From Octopus sinensis (Eukaryota): a DNA stretch of 64,000 bases. This document shows positions 13,214 through 27,372 of this stretch, one piece after another (positions within the stretch are counted from its first letter, which is position 1; each line of letters begins with the position of its first letter). The position numbers and the translations under genes were made by a program. The stretch lies in contig NC_043017.1 of NCBI RefSeq assembly GCF_006345805.1, forward strand, positions 930,001 to 994,000, read 5' to 3'. Below the pieces are notes generated by a model. That model was not told the origin of the DNA, ran no database searches, and saw only the letters and a program-made list of their open reading frames with translations.

Positions 13214-13580
13214 GTAGGTCCCGGGTTGATTCGGGGTTAACCACAGTAAATAAGGTACTCAATACATAGCAGAGTAAAATTAATTTATTATATAGAAGGA
13301 GCTTCTACAGGACTAGAACTGTTTCATTCAAGAGAAATCATCAGGAAGCTAGTTAACAAGAATTGTATTGGCATTTATACATTTAGGCAGGTTTAAAGGG
13401 GTGGTGGGGGGACTTTTGGGGGGTAGGCATAGCGCAAAAATATCATACTTGGGGGACTGGTCAAGGAGTCAGTGGTAAAATAGATAAAAGAATAAATAAA
13501 AGAATAAATAAAACAAAAGAATAAAAAAATATATAGAAAAATATATAGAAGAATAGAGTTTTAGGTAAATAAGGAGATTC
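13213..13580 (-). mobile_element. Penelope-like pLTR / retrozyme-type repeat carrying the hammerhead
   Basis: A ~370-bp island of non-microsatellite sequence between two TA/CA arrays that contains the hammerhead. A TATAAAT lies ~25 nt upstream of the ribozyme on the same strand. The element class is inferred from the known association of minimal hammerheads with Penelope-like elements; boundaries are approximate. Confidence 0.5.
13300..13350 (-). ncRNA. Type I minimal hammerhead ribozyme motif
   Basis: Minus strand reads AGCUUC-CUGAUGA-U.UUC(UCUU)GAA.U-GAAACAG-UUCUAGUC-CUGUA-GAAGCU. Stem I is 6 bp (AGCUUC/GAAGCU), the core is CUGAUGA plus GAAA, stem III is ACAG/CUGU, and the cleavage triplet is GUA. 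One deviation: U.U in place of the usual G10.1-C11.1 pair. Confidence 0.8.
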
Positions 13581-13584
13581 TCAC

Positions 13585-13993
13585 TTATACATATACACAT
13601 ATGTATATATATACACACACACGCACACATATACATACACACATACATACACACACAGACACATATATATACATATATGTATATATACACATATATACAT
13701 ATATACATATACATATATATATACATACATATGCACACATATATACACACACACATGTATATATACACACACGCCCACACATACATATACACACAAAAAA
13801 TATATATATACATACACACACATACACATACACACATACACACACATATATATGTCTACATACACACATGCACACACAAGTCCATATATACACATACATA
13901 TATATATATATACATATGTATATATATATATACATATATATATACATATGTGTACCTATACATACCTACACATACATATACACCTACATACAA

Positions 13994-14043
<50 letters not shown>

Positions 14044-14125
14044 GTATATATACATACATGTATATATATATACATATGAATATATACATGCGAACACACA
14101 CACACACGTATATACATATATGCAC
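13585..14125. repeat. Compound (TA)n/(CA)n microsatellite
   Basis: Direct reading. Similar blocks at ~2306-2695, 3967-4270, 21590-22500, 23385-23765, 29725-30105, 38880-39110 and 58000-58975. Confidence 0.95.
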
Positions 14126-15011
14126 GTGTGTTCGTTTGTGTCTCTATATTTCTGTTTCTTACTCCACACCGTATGACAACAGGTAGTGGCTTGTTGACAA
14201 ACTTGCGAATGAAGGATACGAATCCATCAACATAGATCCCAGCAGATTCGCAGTTCAAAGACTGAAGCAAATTAAATATAAATGATAAAAATAAAATATC
14301 AAATAAATACATATAAAGTATTTAGAAAACGAAAAATTTAGATGAATATATTAGTTATAAATTATACTGATGGGAACGATTCATTTACATGGATTATTCT
14401 TTTATGATACATTAATATGACTTTACTGTCGTTAATACACAATGAGGCAACTCTTATTGCCATTCGCATTACTTAACTGGTAACTAATTAGAAAAACACC
14501 AAACAAATTCGTTTATTTGTTTTTCTAATTTGTACTCGAGTTGATCCGAAAAACAGTAAGCAGCAGGAAAAATAGAAACCATAAAACGCTTAGATGAAAA
14601 TATATTTCGTCTTTGAAAAACAACCCGAAAAACGAACGATTGTAGCTCAAAACCCAACACATTTTAGTTGTATTTTTCAGGATGTATCGTTATTCAGTTT
14701 TTCCATATATTTTGACAAAACACTGCAAGCTAACCAAACAAATCCTTTCTATCGCCTTTTGTCCAAATGATAAAAATAACATATATGCCCTAAAGAGAAA
14801 TAAACTATCGAATGTTATACCCTTAAACAATAATAAATAACCACTTATTATTCTTTTATATTAAACGTTACTTATTTATTTTCTTCTGTTCAGCGTCATC
14901 TTGTCTTATTTTACAGTATATCATTCACAAAACGCATTGTGCATTTTGCTTCCGGATATTCCAAAATTTCAAATGAACTGCATTGCCCACGTACATATCT
15001 ATCTATCTATG

Positions 15012-15114
<103 letters not shown>

Positions 15115-15166
15115 GTATCTATCTATGTATGTATGTATGTATCTATCTATCTATCTATCTATCTAC

Positions 15167-15224
<58 letters not shown>

Positions 15225-15384
15225 CTATCTATCTACCCATCTGTGTGTGTATGTGTATGCATGTATGTATGAATGCATGTATGAATGTGTGTATGTATGT
15301 ATGCATGTATACGAATATGGATATAACGTAAACATATAATATATATATATATGTATATACATTTACTTGTATATCTACACAAAC

Positions 15385-15459
<75 letters not shown>

Positions 15460-17873
15460 TACATGCAGACGTACATACATATTTAAATATATATAACTAT
15501 TTATGTATAAATATGTAAACACGTTAAATAACAAAATTCATTTTGACTTGCAGTTAATATCTCATTTCACTCTCTCCCTCTCCCTCTCTCCCTCTCCCTC
15601 TCTCCCTCTCCCTCTCTCCCTCTCCCTCTCTCCCTCTCCCTCTCTCTATCCTTTCTCATATATTACATTAGATTCTCGTAACGGTTCCTAAAGTAATTTT
15701 CTTCTTCCTAACTTCCTTCTTTTCTGTTTACTTCTGAATATTAATACATGAATCTTTCGTTATTTATGTCTAATTTATAGTATTTCATTCTCTCATAGTT
15801 ATTGCTCTTCTCCATTCAGCCATATTGGCTCCTTATCTCCAACACTGTTCTCTCATCCCCTTCTAACCGTTGCCTTTGCTCTTTTTCTCCTCAAATATTA
15901 TTCCTTAATTTTCATTAAATACCTATGCAATATAAATCTTACTCCTCTGCCTCTTTCATTGCTATTCTCACCATTTCTCACGCATGGATCTTACATCCAT
16001 ATTCTACCCCAAAATCTCTCTACTCCTTAGTTCTCCTCTTATTTTCCCCATCGTATTTCCGTTTTCATTTATTTTTCACATTTCCCGTTTTCCTTTCCAA
16101 TACTTCTTTCAGGTATGGCCGTGTGGTTAAAAAACTCGCTTTGCAAAAGCATGATTTGAGGTTCAGTCCTACTGCATAGCGGTGCCTTGAGAAAGTGTCT
16201 TCCGCTATAGACCCGCTTCTACGTATGCATTACAGAAACAATGTACGAGTTCGCTATATATATATATGCACTTGTATACATACATACATATTGATAAACA
16301 TATGTATAGGTGTATATACATATATATATACAGTCAGACACAAACATACACACATACACAGATATATATATATATGACTGTTTATACAAGTATATACACA
16401 CAAGTGTGTGTATGTACGTAAGTGTGTGTATGTGTGTGTGGGTTTGTGTGTGTGTGTGTGTGTGTGTGTGTCTTTTGCGTTTCTGTTTTACAACCATTTC
16501 CGCTTGACAGATGGTTTGGGTTTCTTTACGTGTCCGTAACTTTACGGGTCGGCAAAAGTACTATAATCCTTATTTTTGTTTTAGTTTCTTGCCCTTTAAC
16601 AAACTATTTGTAATTCCCAAAATAATCAACAAAAATAAATTTTTTTAATGTTTTTCCCGTGTACATTATAAGTGGAAATCTCCAGATATCGAGTTCTAAG
16701 ATTTACTCATATCCTATAACCAGATGGTAAACTGAACCTGGTGTTCTTTGAAAATATCCACTGTATGGATCTTTTCCTTTTTAAATAGGAAGTGCAAGTT
16801 TGAAGAAAACGGTTGTTCTTATGTTCTTTTGTCTAAAAACCTTTGTGCACGACACGTGCAAAGATGGCTGCTTCAAGCTCACGCTTTTGACTTCCTTTTT
16901 GTTTCTCGTGGTAACGATATTATAAACGTCTGAATCTCAATACAACTGAAGTCATGAACTTGTATTGCTTTTTAAGCAATGATCTAAAGGAAGACTTTTA
17001 GATCGTGCGGTGCGTGTCTTTGTGCGTGACATATATGTATATATGTATGAGTGACTATATAATTCTGTGTATATGTGTTTATGTGTGCGTGTATTTGTAT
17101 GCTTCTGCTCAGGTCAGTGCAAAAATGAACAACTACATACACACTCATTGTTTTTTAAAAAACATTAATTAACAGTATTACTTAAATGTATTATTTTAGA
17201 TCATTCATTAATCAAAAACGCAATATCATGACTTTATTTGTCTGGTGTGTAAGACGTTTATAACAATATTAACACGAGAACCAGAAAGGAAATGAAAAGC
17301 GTGAGGTGGCAGCCGCAACTCATTGCCTTTGAATCGATTGTAATAATTCTTTCTCCTATAGACAGAAGGCCTGAATCTTTGGGTGAAGACGCTAATCAAT
17401 TACATCGATCTTATTACTAGTCTGTATAATAATTTTGGTAGATGTCCAGCAGATGTTGCAGAAAGTGTAAGTCGACTACATTATCAACTATATTTTCAAC
17501 TTATTTTATTAGAGTATAAAAGACATAGTCGACCCGGGTGGAGTTTGAACTCAGAATATAAAAACTAAAACCTGCTAAGCTTTTTGTCCGATGTGCTAAA
17601 TATTCAGCCAGCTCACAGTTTTGTACTAGTTGTAATAAGGTTTCAATTTTTTTGTACAAGGACAGGAGTTTTCAAGATATGGGTAAGACGATAACATTGA
17701 GTTCAAAATTCAACTGGTGCTTATTTTACTGCAGTGGAAATGATGAAACGCAAAGTCAACTTCGGCGGAATTTGAACCCAGAGCATAAAGAGAAAGAAAT
17801 GCCACTAACGAATTTGCGAGTTTCGTGCCTTGTAATAAAATTGTTAATATACACACAAGCTCTGAACCATTTA

Positions 17874-19122
17874 TTAGGTTGTCAAGAAAGTCCTTGCGTT
17901 TTTAACCTTTAAATTCAGATGCACATATCTCGGCTCAAACAAAACTTTATTAATCGAAATAAACACAATATACCAACACGAAACAAGTTTATTTATGCCA
18001 GTAGCGTAAAACTCCTGCGCTCTGGTGGCGATGAAGTCGTTGAAGACGTGTTTGGCATCGTCTTGGTTTTTGAAGCATTTCTCACGCAGGAAGTTGTCGA
18101 GATGCTTGAAAAAGTGGGAGTCGGTAGGCGAGAGGGGTGGTGAGTATGGCGGATGAGGCAGAGTTTCGTAGCCCAATTCGTTCAACTTCTAACAGGGCCA
18201 GTTGTGCTACGTGCGGCCGAGCGTTGTCGTGGAGAAGAATTGGTCCTTTTTTTATGGACCAATGCTGGCTGTTGTTGTCGGAATTTCTTATGCATTTCAT
18301 CCATTTCCTGACGATACTTCTCCGCCGTAATAGTTTTGCCTGGATCCAAAAAGCTGTGATGAATGAGACCCGCCGCAGATCACCAAACAGACACCATAGC
18401 TTTCTTTTGGGAAGTGTCCCGGATCTTCGTCGGCATCCAACCACTGAGCTGAGCGTCGCTGGTAGTCGTAAATAATTCACTTTTCATCGCACGTCACAAT
18501 CCGGTCGAGAAACAGGTCATTCTTGTTGCGTAAAAGAAGGAAAGACGACACTTGAAAACGGCGTTTTTTTTTCGGTTGTCGTTCAATTCGTGCGGCACCC
18601 ATTTCTCAAGTATTTTTGTTTTTCCAATCTCTTTCAAGTGGTTGGAAATTGTCGTTTACGTTACGTCTAATTCAGAAGCCAGCTCTCGAACAGTTGTGCG
18701 TGGATTGGCTTCGACTAAGGCTCTTAGTTGATTGTTGTCAACATCTGATGGCCAACCACTACGCTTATCAAGACTCTCGTCGCCGCTAAGATCTTTCTCG
18801 AATCACCATTGTGCTCTACGTTCATCAGTGGTTCCTGGGCCAAACGCATCGTTGATATCACCAGCTGTTTCAGCAGCTTTTCCGCTTAGCTTGAACTGGA
18901 ATAAAGAAAATTGTGCGAATTTGCTTTTTGTCTATATTGTATTCAACGTTCCGGAAAAATGGCCTAATTATTCAAAAAGAAAAAGATAACGCGATTAGAT
19001 AGAGCAAAAAACAGGCTTTAAAATTATATATAAAGTCAAAGTAATTTAACGAAAATTAATTTGAAAATACATCATTTAAAACCAAAATTAAAAATTTCGC
19101 AAGATCCTTCCCGACAAACTAA
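17874..19122 (-). mobile_element. Degenerate full-length mariner transposon (Hsmar1/cecropia-like)
   Basis: TA-flanked imperfect TIRs (ttaggttgtcaagaaagtccttgcg / cgcaagatccttcccgacaaactaa), length ~1.25 kb. Transposase with stops and frameshifts: KWVPHEL, IVTCDEK, LLHDNARPH, HPPYSPPLSPTDSHFF. Confidence 0.92.
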
Positions 19123-20029
19123 TATCTCCCAGCGGGTGTAAGGTGGGGGGAGAGGATAATCGATTGCATCAACACCAGTAATTGACTGGTATTTATATGA
19201 TAATGATCCCAAAAGGGATAAAAGGCACAATCGACTTTTGCGGGATTTGAACTGGAATTGTACAGGCGGAAGAAATGCAGTTCATTATTGTGTCGATGCA
19301 CTGACGACTCCACCAGCTCACCGCATTTGAAACACTTGTAAACGATAGCTGTCTATTATCCAATACTTGTGTTTACATTCTGCAATATACTAGTTTCCTG
19401 AAGTATGGATGTACGAGTAAAGGTTCTATAAACAGCCAATATAAATGGTATTAAATTCACGATAATTCCAGCACCAAAGGTCAACCGAAGAATGGCGTTA
19501 TTCTCAACTTAATTTAATTGAAATCTCATAATCTAATTAAGTTGTTAAATCGACATTTGGTCAAGTAATTATTTGCTCAATACTTTATCATTTATTAAAT
19601 GAAGACTGGCAAATCTTGTTATTATATGTCACAAATATAACAGAATGTTTAGAAGAAAGCAAACAAGGAGGCGCGTAGTCGGAATCGCAAAATCTTCAGA
19701 TTAAATTCCTCATCATTAGGTTTCGAATTTGAGTTATGACAACGACATTTTTTCTTGCTTTTGTTGCTGGGATAGACAACATGAGTACAGGAATCAATAT
19801 AATAGAATCTTCGCTCTCCATCCCAAATGATTTCTAGATCCAAATTGAAAAATAGGTATTAAAGAAAACAATTCAAAGAGCGGTGAGCTGTCAGAATCGT
19901 TAAAAGGCAGCGTAAAATATTTGGCAGTATTTCGTCTATCTTTACGATTTAGGATCAAATTCTGCATGGGTTAACATTGAATGTTTATTAGAAATATTCA
20001 TCAGAAAACAAATGGACAATCACCAAAGA

Positions 20030-20507
20030 TCCCTGGCCTGGCAGGGCTGTTCGGGATAAGCTCTACAGGCACGGTTCGAGACACACTGGACCAACTTGCG
20101 GTCAGAGCGACGAAACCGTCCTGCACGCACTCGTGCAGTGTCAATCCATTTCGGACCTGTGGGCTTATGCCGAACGACTGCTGTCACATGTGGGACGAGT
20201 CGGTTTATCAGCTGAGTCTATCGTGAAGGTTGCACCGTCTCCTTCCCTCAACCGGGAAGGCAAGGCAGTTTCCATCGTACTGGTGGCCATGGTGAAAGAA
20301 TGTGTGTGGTGGACTCGAGCGAAAGGATTAGAGACAAACACTTACCACTCTGGCCAATCGCTCATCAACTTTTTCAAGTACTACTTGAAAATGAAGGTCA
20401 GAATGGAGAAGCAGGTTTTGTCTCGTGAAAGTTCCAAAAGGTGGGTGAATGTAGCAAATATGGTGCGTGCGAGTAACGAAACTCCTTTGAGCATGATCCT
20501 GTAAATC

Positions 20508-20556
<49 letters not shown>
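20030..20556 (+). mobile_element. Tx1/L1-like LINE 3' end (zf-RVT region)
   Basis: VRDKLYRHG...TCGQSDETVLHALVQCQSISDLWAYAERLLS...RWVNVA...MIL* (stop at 20504), followed by a (GA)n tract. Confidence 0.75.
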
Positions 20557-20557
<1 letters not shown>

Positions 20558-20840
20558 ACTTTGCTCTCATGTATTTATTTCGTCCCTGCCAGAAGTTACC
20601 GTGGTCATTTCTGTATGCTTTTCTTTTTACGGATGAACCTAATCGTGTTTGTTACTTAAATAAAAAAAAAATATTTCTGTGATACACGATCCCTTTTGAA
20701 TGCTTTTTTTCCCGATCGCTTTTGGTGAAAATTTTACATTTGTGCCCTTTTTTTTTTTTCGTTTCCCATCTTCGAAAACAAAAGCTCTACATTTGTATTT
20801 GTCCCCTCTGTGTCCAGCTCTGTGTGGCCAATAAAGAAAG

Positions 20841-20938
<98 letters not shown>

Positions 20939-21836
20939 CTGTGTCTGTCTGCCAATCAGTCAATCTATCTGTCTGTGTGTCTATCAATCTATCTATCTGT
21001 CTGTCTGTCTCTCTATCAATCAATCTATCTGTCTGTCTGTTTGTCTGTCTGTCTATCTATCTATCTATCTATCTATTTATCTATCTATGTATCTATCTAT
21101 CTGTCTGTCCGTCTGCCGTCTGTCTATCTATCATTTGTTTTTGTTTGTTTGTTGGTTTCTCTCTCTCTCTGTCTATCTGTTTTCTAGCTACATAGTTATT
21201 AGCAATTGTGCGAGTATCAGAATATAAGATATCTATCAGAAAGTACTTTTGACAGAGGGTAATCACAAGTCCACACATTTCGGATCTACAAATATATATT
21301 ATATATAATATGTAGAAACCCACGTTCAGCGTGTGTATATGTGAAGACAGAGGCTCCACCACACTACAGCAGCGGCAATGCAGAATTGCAACGAAGAATG
21401 CAAAGTCACATTCACATATTGGCAATATATCAAGCTTAGAAGAAGTGACAAAGCATTATTTGCGCTCATATCAGATTTTATTAAATACATAATGAGTCAG
21501 TTTCCAGTGTTGCTCTGTAAGGCAATCGAAAGACGCGTTAGATTATAGCCGCTGTCAGATGACAGCAAATAGAAAAGTGAACACAGCTGATGTATGTGTG
21601 TGTGAGGCTGCATACACACACATACATATAGATAGATACGGACATATATGTGTATATATATATGTGTGTATGTGTGTATATATGTATATATATATGTACA
21701 TATAGATAGATACATACATTGATAAAGATATATAAATATATAGACATAAATATATGCATATAAATATATATATATATATATAGGATATATATGCATGTAT
21801 AAATGTATATATATATATTTATTTATTTACATATAA

Positions 21837-21887
<51 letters not shown>

Positions 21888-21985
21888 TATAAGTATATCG
21901 TATTTATGCTTATGTATACGTGTGTACACACACACATATACAACACATATATGTGTATATATATTATATATATAGCAGAATATTC

Positions 21986-22057
<72 letters not shown>

Positions 22058-22312
22058 CAAACGCACACACACATATATATTATATATGTATGCAGTGTAT
22101 GTATGGTATATATTATGTTGAAGAATAAAGAGAGTGGATATAATAATATCGTATACCATTGAGACGAAAATCTCATTAAATTACGATTTACCATATTGCA
22201 ATGAAATTTCAGTGGGGTTTACTTAATTAGAATTGTGATACACACTCACGTTGCTATATTAATATATGCACGCGCACCCACACCAATATATATATATATG
22301 TATATACTATAT

Positions 22313-22363
<51 letters not shown>

Positions 22364-22437
22364 TATATGTATATATATGTATATATATATGTATATATAT
22401 GTATATATATATGTATATATATATGTATATATATATG

Positions 22438-22472
<35 letters not shown>

Positions 22473-22728
22473 GTATGTATACATAGATACATAGATATGT
22501 ATTTGGATGTATAAATACATTTCTGGTGCAGTGAAAACATTCTAGATGTATTGTTCTCCGCAACATACTTACATCTGTGCGTATAGGTCAGTAATAATTA
22601 CTCTATACTTCCTACTCTTTTCTGTGTGTCTGTCTGTGTGTCTGTCTGTCTCCCCTTTCATTTCCTTAATCTCTTAGCATCATATCTATGTAATAAACTT
22701 ACACATATGCACACGAAAATATATGAGC

Positions 22729-22760
<32 letters not shown>

Positions 22761-22800
22761 GTATACACAGAAATATATGTATATATATAATATATATATC

Positions 22801-22849
<49 letters not shown>

Positions 22850-23396
22850 ATATAATAACAAAGTGAGCACTATAATGTAAACTTCTATCATAGCAATCCC
22901 GCATTCTTCTCCTTCTCCTCCTCCTCCTCCTCCTTCTCCTCTGCCATGTATTCACGACCTCCTCGCACCCGCAAGAGTAAACAAGTGAGACAGAGACATG
23001 CAGAGACGAGCTTTCTTTTCTTTTACAGAACCGCGAAATTACTCTGGCGCCAACAAACCAACACCGCTGTCAAGCGGTGATTGTGGAGGACAAACTCAGG
23101 GACGGAGACGCACACAAATCGTTGGTTGATCCGAGACTAGAGTAGAGGTCACATACCATTGAAGACCAGGAAGCTGGAGTAGAAGGCAACGGTTCAGTCT
23201 CATTGCTAATGTGCCAGGCAGTGGAACTGAACCCGGAACCATGCCACCATGTAGTTGGGAAGCATGCCTGCGCCTCAGTCCCACCGCGTGGCACCCTGGA
23301 CGAGGGCGTTCTACTATAACCTCGGCCCGAACAAAACCTTGTGAATGGATTTGACACACGGAAACTGAAAGAAGCCCGTCGTGTATATATACATAT

Positions 23397-23528
<132 letters not shown>

Positions 23529-23778
23529 GTATATATATGTGTGTGTATAGGTACGATTGTGTATACATACATATTTACATATAAGTATGTATATGCATAT
23601 ATATATTTGCATGTATATATATGTACATATGTATATGTATACATGTATACGTATATGTTTCTATATATATATAAAATGTGTATACATATATGTGTATATA
23701 TATATCAATATATCAATATATATATATATCAATATATCAATATATATATATATATATATATGTATAGCTCTTATTGTA

Positions 23779-24015
23779 TACGAGGGAATGCTGTAAAGTT
23801 CTTGGCCTTAAGAGCATCGCGAAAGGCTTGTCTGTGAATCCATCTTTCATGGTTTTATTACAGGGCTTAGAAAACAGTGAAGGAAGGGCGCAATAGATCT
23901 TTGAACTTGAGAGGGGATTATATTGAATAAAATCATAATTAACTGGTCCTTCTCTATTTTACAGAAATCCAGGAACCTTTCAGAACCTTTCAGAACCTTT
24001 CAGAACCTTTCATCC
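23779..24015 (+). mobile_element. Internally deleted mariner (MITE-like)
   Basis: Starts with the TIR tacgagggaatgctgtaaagttcttggc, followed directly by a transposase C-terminal remnant (cagggcttagaaaa...ggggattatattgaataa, GDYIE*). The right TIR is degraded into (gaacctttca)x4. Confidence 0.65.
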
Positions 24016-26416
24016 ATATATATGTATACCTTTCATTTAATGAGCTTCGTCTATGCCTTGGCACTTCTCTGAACATTTAGGTTAGGCCACCTAGACGAAT
24101 CATTACCGACTGCCTAGCCATGAAATGAGGACAATAAGGCATACATTCCCCATACCCCATGCACACAGACTCACATTCGCAGTCGGATTTGAAACAGTCT
24201 ACCTCTCCCAATCCACTCACAGTGACCGAGGTTATAGTAGAAGACGTTTACTCAAAGTTCCCCTCAGTAGAATTGAACTAGAAACAAGTAGTTCCTTTCA
24301 AAGCGAGTGAGTGTTATAAGTCCTCTTCGCATACTGTTAAAACTGCAGTTCCCTATGCCCAGGACTCACCGGAAAACTGTAAAGAAATTTTGTTCAACAA
24401 TTTAGTGATTCTGTCAGCCACTCCAGTGCATTTATCTTATAGCAGTATTGGTTTCTCATAGAATCAGCATTTTGTGTATGTATTCTAGGTGCTTGTGTAT
24501 GTGTGTATATATTGTGTGTGTGTTTGTGCTTGTGTATGTGTGGGTGTGTGTTTATTTGCTTGGTTTTTATTGAAATGACTCCAGGTCTTCTCTGGAATTG
24601 TTTTATGATCTCGGAATGATCAAAGACAGAGTTAAACCCAATTTCGTTTCAACGCAGAAAATAAAAGGATGTAATGCAATATTATCCTACTCATTTTGCT
24701 GTACCACATAAAATATTAGCTCACAAATATTCTTGCTGTTATCATTATTATTGATAATATGGCGGCGAACTGGCAATATCGTTAGCAGAAATGCTTAGTC
24801 GTATTTTGTCCGTCTTCACGTTCACATTTCAAATTCCGCTGAGCTCGACTTCGCCTTTCATCATTTTCGAGTCGGTAAAATAAGAACCGGTTGAGTACTA
24901 GGATCGATGTCATAGACGTAGCCATTTCCTCTGACTTGGCTGGGTCTGTGCTAAAATTTGAAACCATAATTAATGTTATTATGGCGGCGAGCCCATATCT
25001 ATCCATCGTGTTTGCTTGTCAAAAATATGCACTGCATGGTAATCTTAGATCAAGATAAACAGCTCATGGCGTTGCAGCGGGGGTGGGTTATGCAGAGTTT
25101 TTTTCAGGCCGAGTGGCGTAACCTGCTCCTGTTGATATTTTCGTTATGGAACCCCAAAGCCACCGCAGATGGACCCAGATCGACAAAACCTTTTATTTAC
25201 AATATAAAAACATGACGGGCTTCCTTTTAATAAATTGGGAAATTGGTGATTTAGAAGGAATACCTTGCTCTGACCCTACGTCAGGCACTTTGCGTGCGAG
25301 TTGAGTTCGATTTCTGCCAACGCCAGTATGTCATTCTAGGTTCCATAAGAAGAGTAACAATTCAGAAAGCGGCTTGTGGCATCTGATATTGATTGGAGCA
25401 ATACGCCTTACCGTACGTGTTTTCGGCTACGTGCGACACCACGGCTGCGCCTTCGACGATATATTTGCCAAGCTGAATCCGTTTAAGATTGCGCCCTCTG
25501 TAGTGGATAAGTTTATAAATATAAATATAAATAAAGGTAAATTTGCATTCATGGAAAAAAATGTCTTCCTAAGAATAAAAAAAATAATTTAAAAATTGCT
25601 CCAGCTTGCACATTGCATTGCAGATTCAAGTTTATGCTTGTGACCAGCGTAAATATATGTTCATTCCTGATTGTCTGTACTTGGCTTTGTGTATCTAGGA
25701 CTGCAGCATCTCGCGTCTCGGTACTTTTATAAGACAGTTGAAACCAAAGTGAATTAGCTGCTATTACTGGCATGCACAGAGATCGAGTGACGCACCGCTT
25801 ATTTAATCTTTGTCTTGTCTAGGCATGCGCCAACAGAAGTAGGGAGACATGAGAGATTCCGATGTTATTAATTCATTGGCTCTGAGACAATATCCAGATC
25901 AATCTAGGCAAGAATCGAAATCGAAATCATAAAACCCGAACAATTATTATTCTGATAAATAGGAAGTAAATTCAAACTTTAGTATTAATTTGGCCCAGAC
26001 AGATATTGTGTGTGAAATTCCTGTATAAAATATTCTCGAGTATTAACTATTGAATAATCTTGGATATTTAGTATGTATTTAGCGATTCTCTCTTCACTAG
26101 ATCGGTGTGACTGGAGCTCAGAATGATATTGATGACGTTGATGATGTTGATAATGATGATATTGATGATGAGGATGATGATGATTATGATAACGATTTCA
26201 TATATTTGCCACAAGGGTAATTACATACATACATGAATACATACATACAGACACGCAGACACATACGCATCTGCATGTGCACGTACACATGTGTGTGTGT
26301 GTGTGTTTGTGTATACATATGCATAAGTGTATGCATATATCAATATATGTATATATTTATGCATACAGACATATATAGATATACATTTATACATACATGG
26401 GCACACACACACACAC

Positions 26417-26448
<32 letters not shown>

Positions 26449-26954
26449 ATTCATAGTTTCAGAAATATTAGTTTATGTCTGTGTATGTATGTGTGTCTGT
26501 GCACGTGAACGTAAGTCCAATTACTAAGTTAGCTTCTGGCATATTCTTGTATTAGAACTGAATGGCCGACGGCGTAGCTGACCATTCCGCATTTTCTGTA
26601 GGTTGTGCGTTATCGAAATATATCTACAAACACATACATACATGAATACATACTTACATACTTAGCTACATACGTGTGTGTGTTTATGTGTGTGTGCGCA
26701 TGTATATATTTATATATATATATATATATGTATGTATGTACACATATGCATTCATAGAATAGTAATGTGAGACTCATCGATTCTTTTCATTTTATTTCCT
26801 TGCAGTTATGACGGAGGACATTGTCCGAAACGTTGAATTCTTTATTCCTCATCGCAATTTCAATCAAAACTTTCTGTTGCCTTTCCCAAATATAGCAAGT
26901 CTAACCGTGCAAAGCCACCAGTCTTTTTAACTATTTTTGCTTTGTCCATTTTCT

Positions 26955-27372
26955 TATTTCTTTTTCTGCCCACAAGGGGCTGAACACACAGGGGACAAAA
27001 AAAGGACGGAAAAACGGATTAAGCCGATTAAATCGACCACAGTGCGTAACTGGTACTTAATTTTTCGACCCCGAAAGAATGAACGGCAAAGTCGATCTCG
27101 GCGGAATTTGAACTCAGAACGTAACGGCAGACGAAATACCTATTTCTTTATTACCCATAAGGGGCTAAACACAGAGGGGACAAACAAGGACAGACATAGG
27201 TATTAAGTCGATTACATCGACCTCAGTGCGTAACTGCTACTTAATTTATCGACCCCGAAAGGATCAAAGGCAAAGTCGACCTCGGCGGAATTTGAACTCA
27301 CAACGTAACGCAGACGAAATACCGCTAAGCATTTCGCCCGGCACGCTAATGTTTCTGCCAGCTCACCACCTT
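26955..27372 (-). mobile_element. SINE family B, dimeric copy
   Basis: Two body units ~182 bp apart (ggaatttgaactca at ~27105 and ~27287), with a single head at the right end. Confidence 0.9.

Noticed and set aside
25412-25497. Candidate 86-nt minus-strand exon (GRNLKRIQLGKYIVEGAAVVSHVAENTY) with AG/GT ends
   Set aside because: No recognisable domain or partner exons; such short exon-like segments are expected by chance.
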